Assembly (NCBI GenBank): GCA_036170335.1
Contig: JAVHOZ010000065.1
Span: forward strand, 524-35,286
DNA: 34,763 nucleotides
Origin: Candidatus Magasanikiibacteriota bacterium
Lineage (GTDB): Bacteria; Patescibacteriota; Patescibacteriia; Magasanikbacterales; GWA2-37-8
Direction of reading: 5' to 3'
The notes under the pieces were generated by a model. The model did not search any database. It was given only the letters and a program-made list of their open reading frames with translations, and was not told where the DNA came from. The position numbers and the translations under genes were made by a program. This document shows positions 33,923 through 34,763 of the stretch, piece by piece (within the stretch, counting starts at the first letter, position 1; the number at the start of each line of letters is the position of its first letter).

Positions 33923-34720
33923 ATGCTTTCCCTTAAGGCACAAAAGATATTAGATAATTATTTTAACTTACCCTTTGAAGGGGTAAAAGGCGTACGTTGT
34001 CCATATTTCAATAATGTTAGATTAAAACAGCGCGCTCAATTGCGAGTGCTCATTGGTAAAGGTACTCCAAAAGAAATTGTGGAGGAATCAAAAATTATTT
34101 CTATCCAATATCACGCCGGTTTGTTTGATAAAGCCGGGTATTGTTGTTTGCATAATGAACATACTGGTAAAGAGGTTAACAGTGATGAAGTCAGGAAATT
34201 TTTGATTGATCACAATTTAGGAGTAGAGTGTTCTGGTTTTGTCACTCAAATTTTACGCGTCCATTTTCAAGAAACAAAAAATATTGATATCGCTTGTAAG
34301 TTTTTTATTGTTTCACCACGATATTTTTTGCGTTGGTTAATTGCGCTACTACGGCCGATCGAAAATATTGGTGTCCGTCGTTATATTGACGATCATAACA
34401 CTAAACAAATTGCATGGAATGAGGCGCAGGTCGGTGATGTGATTGTGATGCTTGAAACTGGTATAAAAAATAACTATAATCATATTTTGTTGATTATAGA
34501 TAGAACGGGTGACACGTTAAAATATGCACATGCTCGGGCTTGGAATAGTGAAGGAAAATATGGGCATGGGGTGGCTATGGGAGAAATAAAAATTTCTAAT
34601 CCAAGTGACGCGCTACTAGATCAAGTTTGGACAGAGTTGTCCTATGTAAACGAAAAAAATGAAACTTGGCAAGAAGCCAAACGAGCCAAAATTTTACAAG
34701 TGCGTCGGATAAATTTTTAA
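33923..34720 (+). CDS. Hypothetical protein, possibly a papain-like (NlpC/P60-type) Cys-His hydrolase
   Basis: VECSGFVTQIL (Cys nucleophile context) followed by GDVIVML....NHILLI (His context), reminiscent of the NlpC/P60 order. Weak, motif-level only. It starts 3 nt after the ATP-grasp gene. Confidence 0.35.
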   Translation: MLSLKAQKILDNYFNLPFEGVKGVRCPYFNNVRLKQRAQLRVLIGKGTPKEIVEESKIISIQYHAGLFDKAGYCCLHNEHTGKEVNSDEVRKFLIDHNLGVECSGFVTQILRVHFQETKNIDIACKFFIVSPRYFLRWLIALLRPIENIGVRRYIDDHNTKQIAWNEAQVGDVIVMLETGIKNNYNHILLIIDRTGDTLKYAHARAWNSEGKYGHGVAMGEIKISNPSDALLDQVWTELSYVNEKNETWQEAKRAKILQVRRINF

Positions 34721-34763
34721 ATTTAAACTACAACCTCAATGTTTGTTTTATTTCTTTCACTTT

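Overview
The backbone is AT-rich: a hand count of one sample 60-nt line gave about 28% GC. Genes are tightly packed. Gene content and the repeat family suggest a reduced-genome, CPR/Patescibacteria-like bacterium; this is an inference, no search was run. From 12.6 kb to 32.7 kb there is a long minus-strand housekeeping and cell-wall block: PLP enzyme, NUDIX, Mpl/MurC-type ligase, Bpt/ATE-like transferase, mraY, murF, ftsI-type PBP, gpsA, rlmN, P-type ATPase, aminotransferase, transketolase, LtaS-like sulfatase, hpf and murB. From 3.5 kb to 10.4 kb there is a plus-strand envelope-glycan cluster: O-antigen-ligase-like protein, two GT4 glycosyltransferases, a radical SAM enzyme and an FG-GAP repeat protein. 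The unusual material is in two accessory stretches. (i) Three sharply bounded GC-rich single-gene islands (about 62% GC in one sampled line) lie at <1-1068, about 10613-11460 and about 11590-12552. They encode a collagen-like protein and two paralogous membrane-anchored repeat proteins. Each gene is followed by a related structured 3' module and then an AT-rich intrinsic terminator. The two paralog tails show hairpins whose stems are completely swapped while loops and flanks are conserved. (ii) At 1209-3537, a HEPN/nucleotidyltransferase pair and an AbiEi/AbiEii pair sit side by side. The HEPN pair is bracketed by two copies of the same 3' module, one of which is interrupted by a 110-nt GC-rich segment. 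A short palindromic repeat family (GTCATTCCCGnnnnnnCGGGAATC) is scattered through the window. One inverted pair of it is inserted in-frame inside a PLP-enzyme gene. No rRNA, tRNA, CRISPR array, transposase, integrase or reverse transcriptase was recognised. All product calls come from motif recognition by eye, not database searches.
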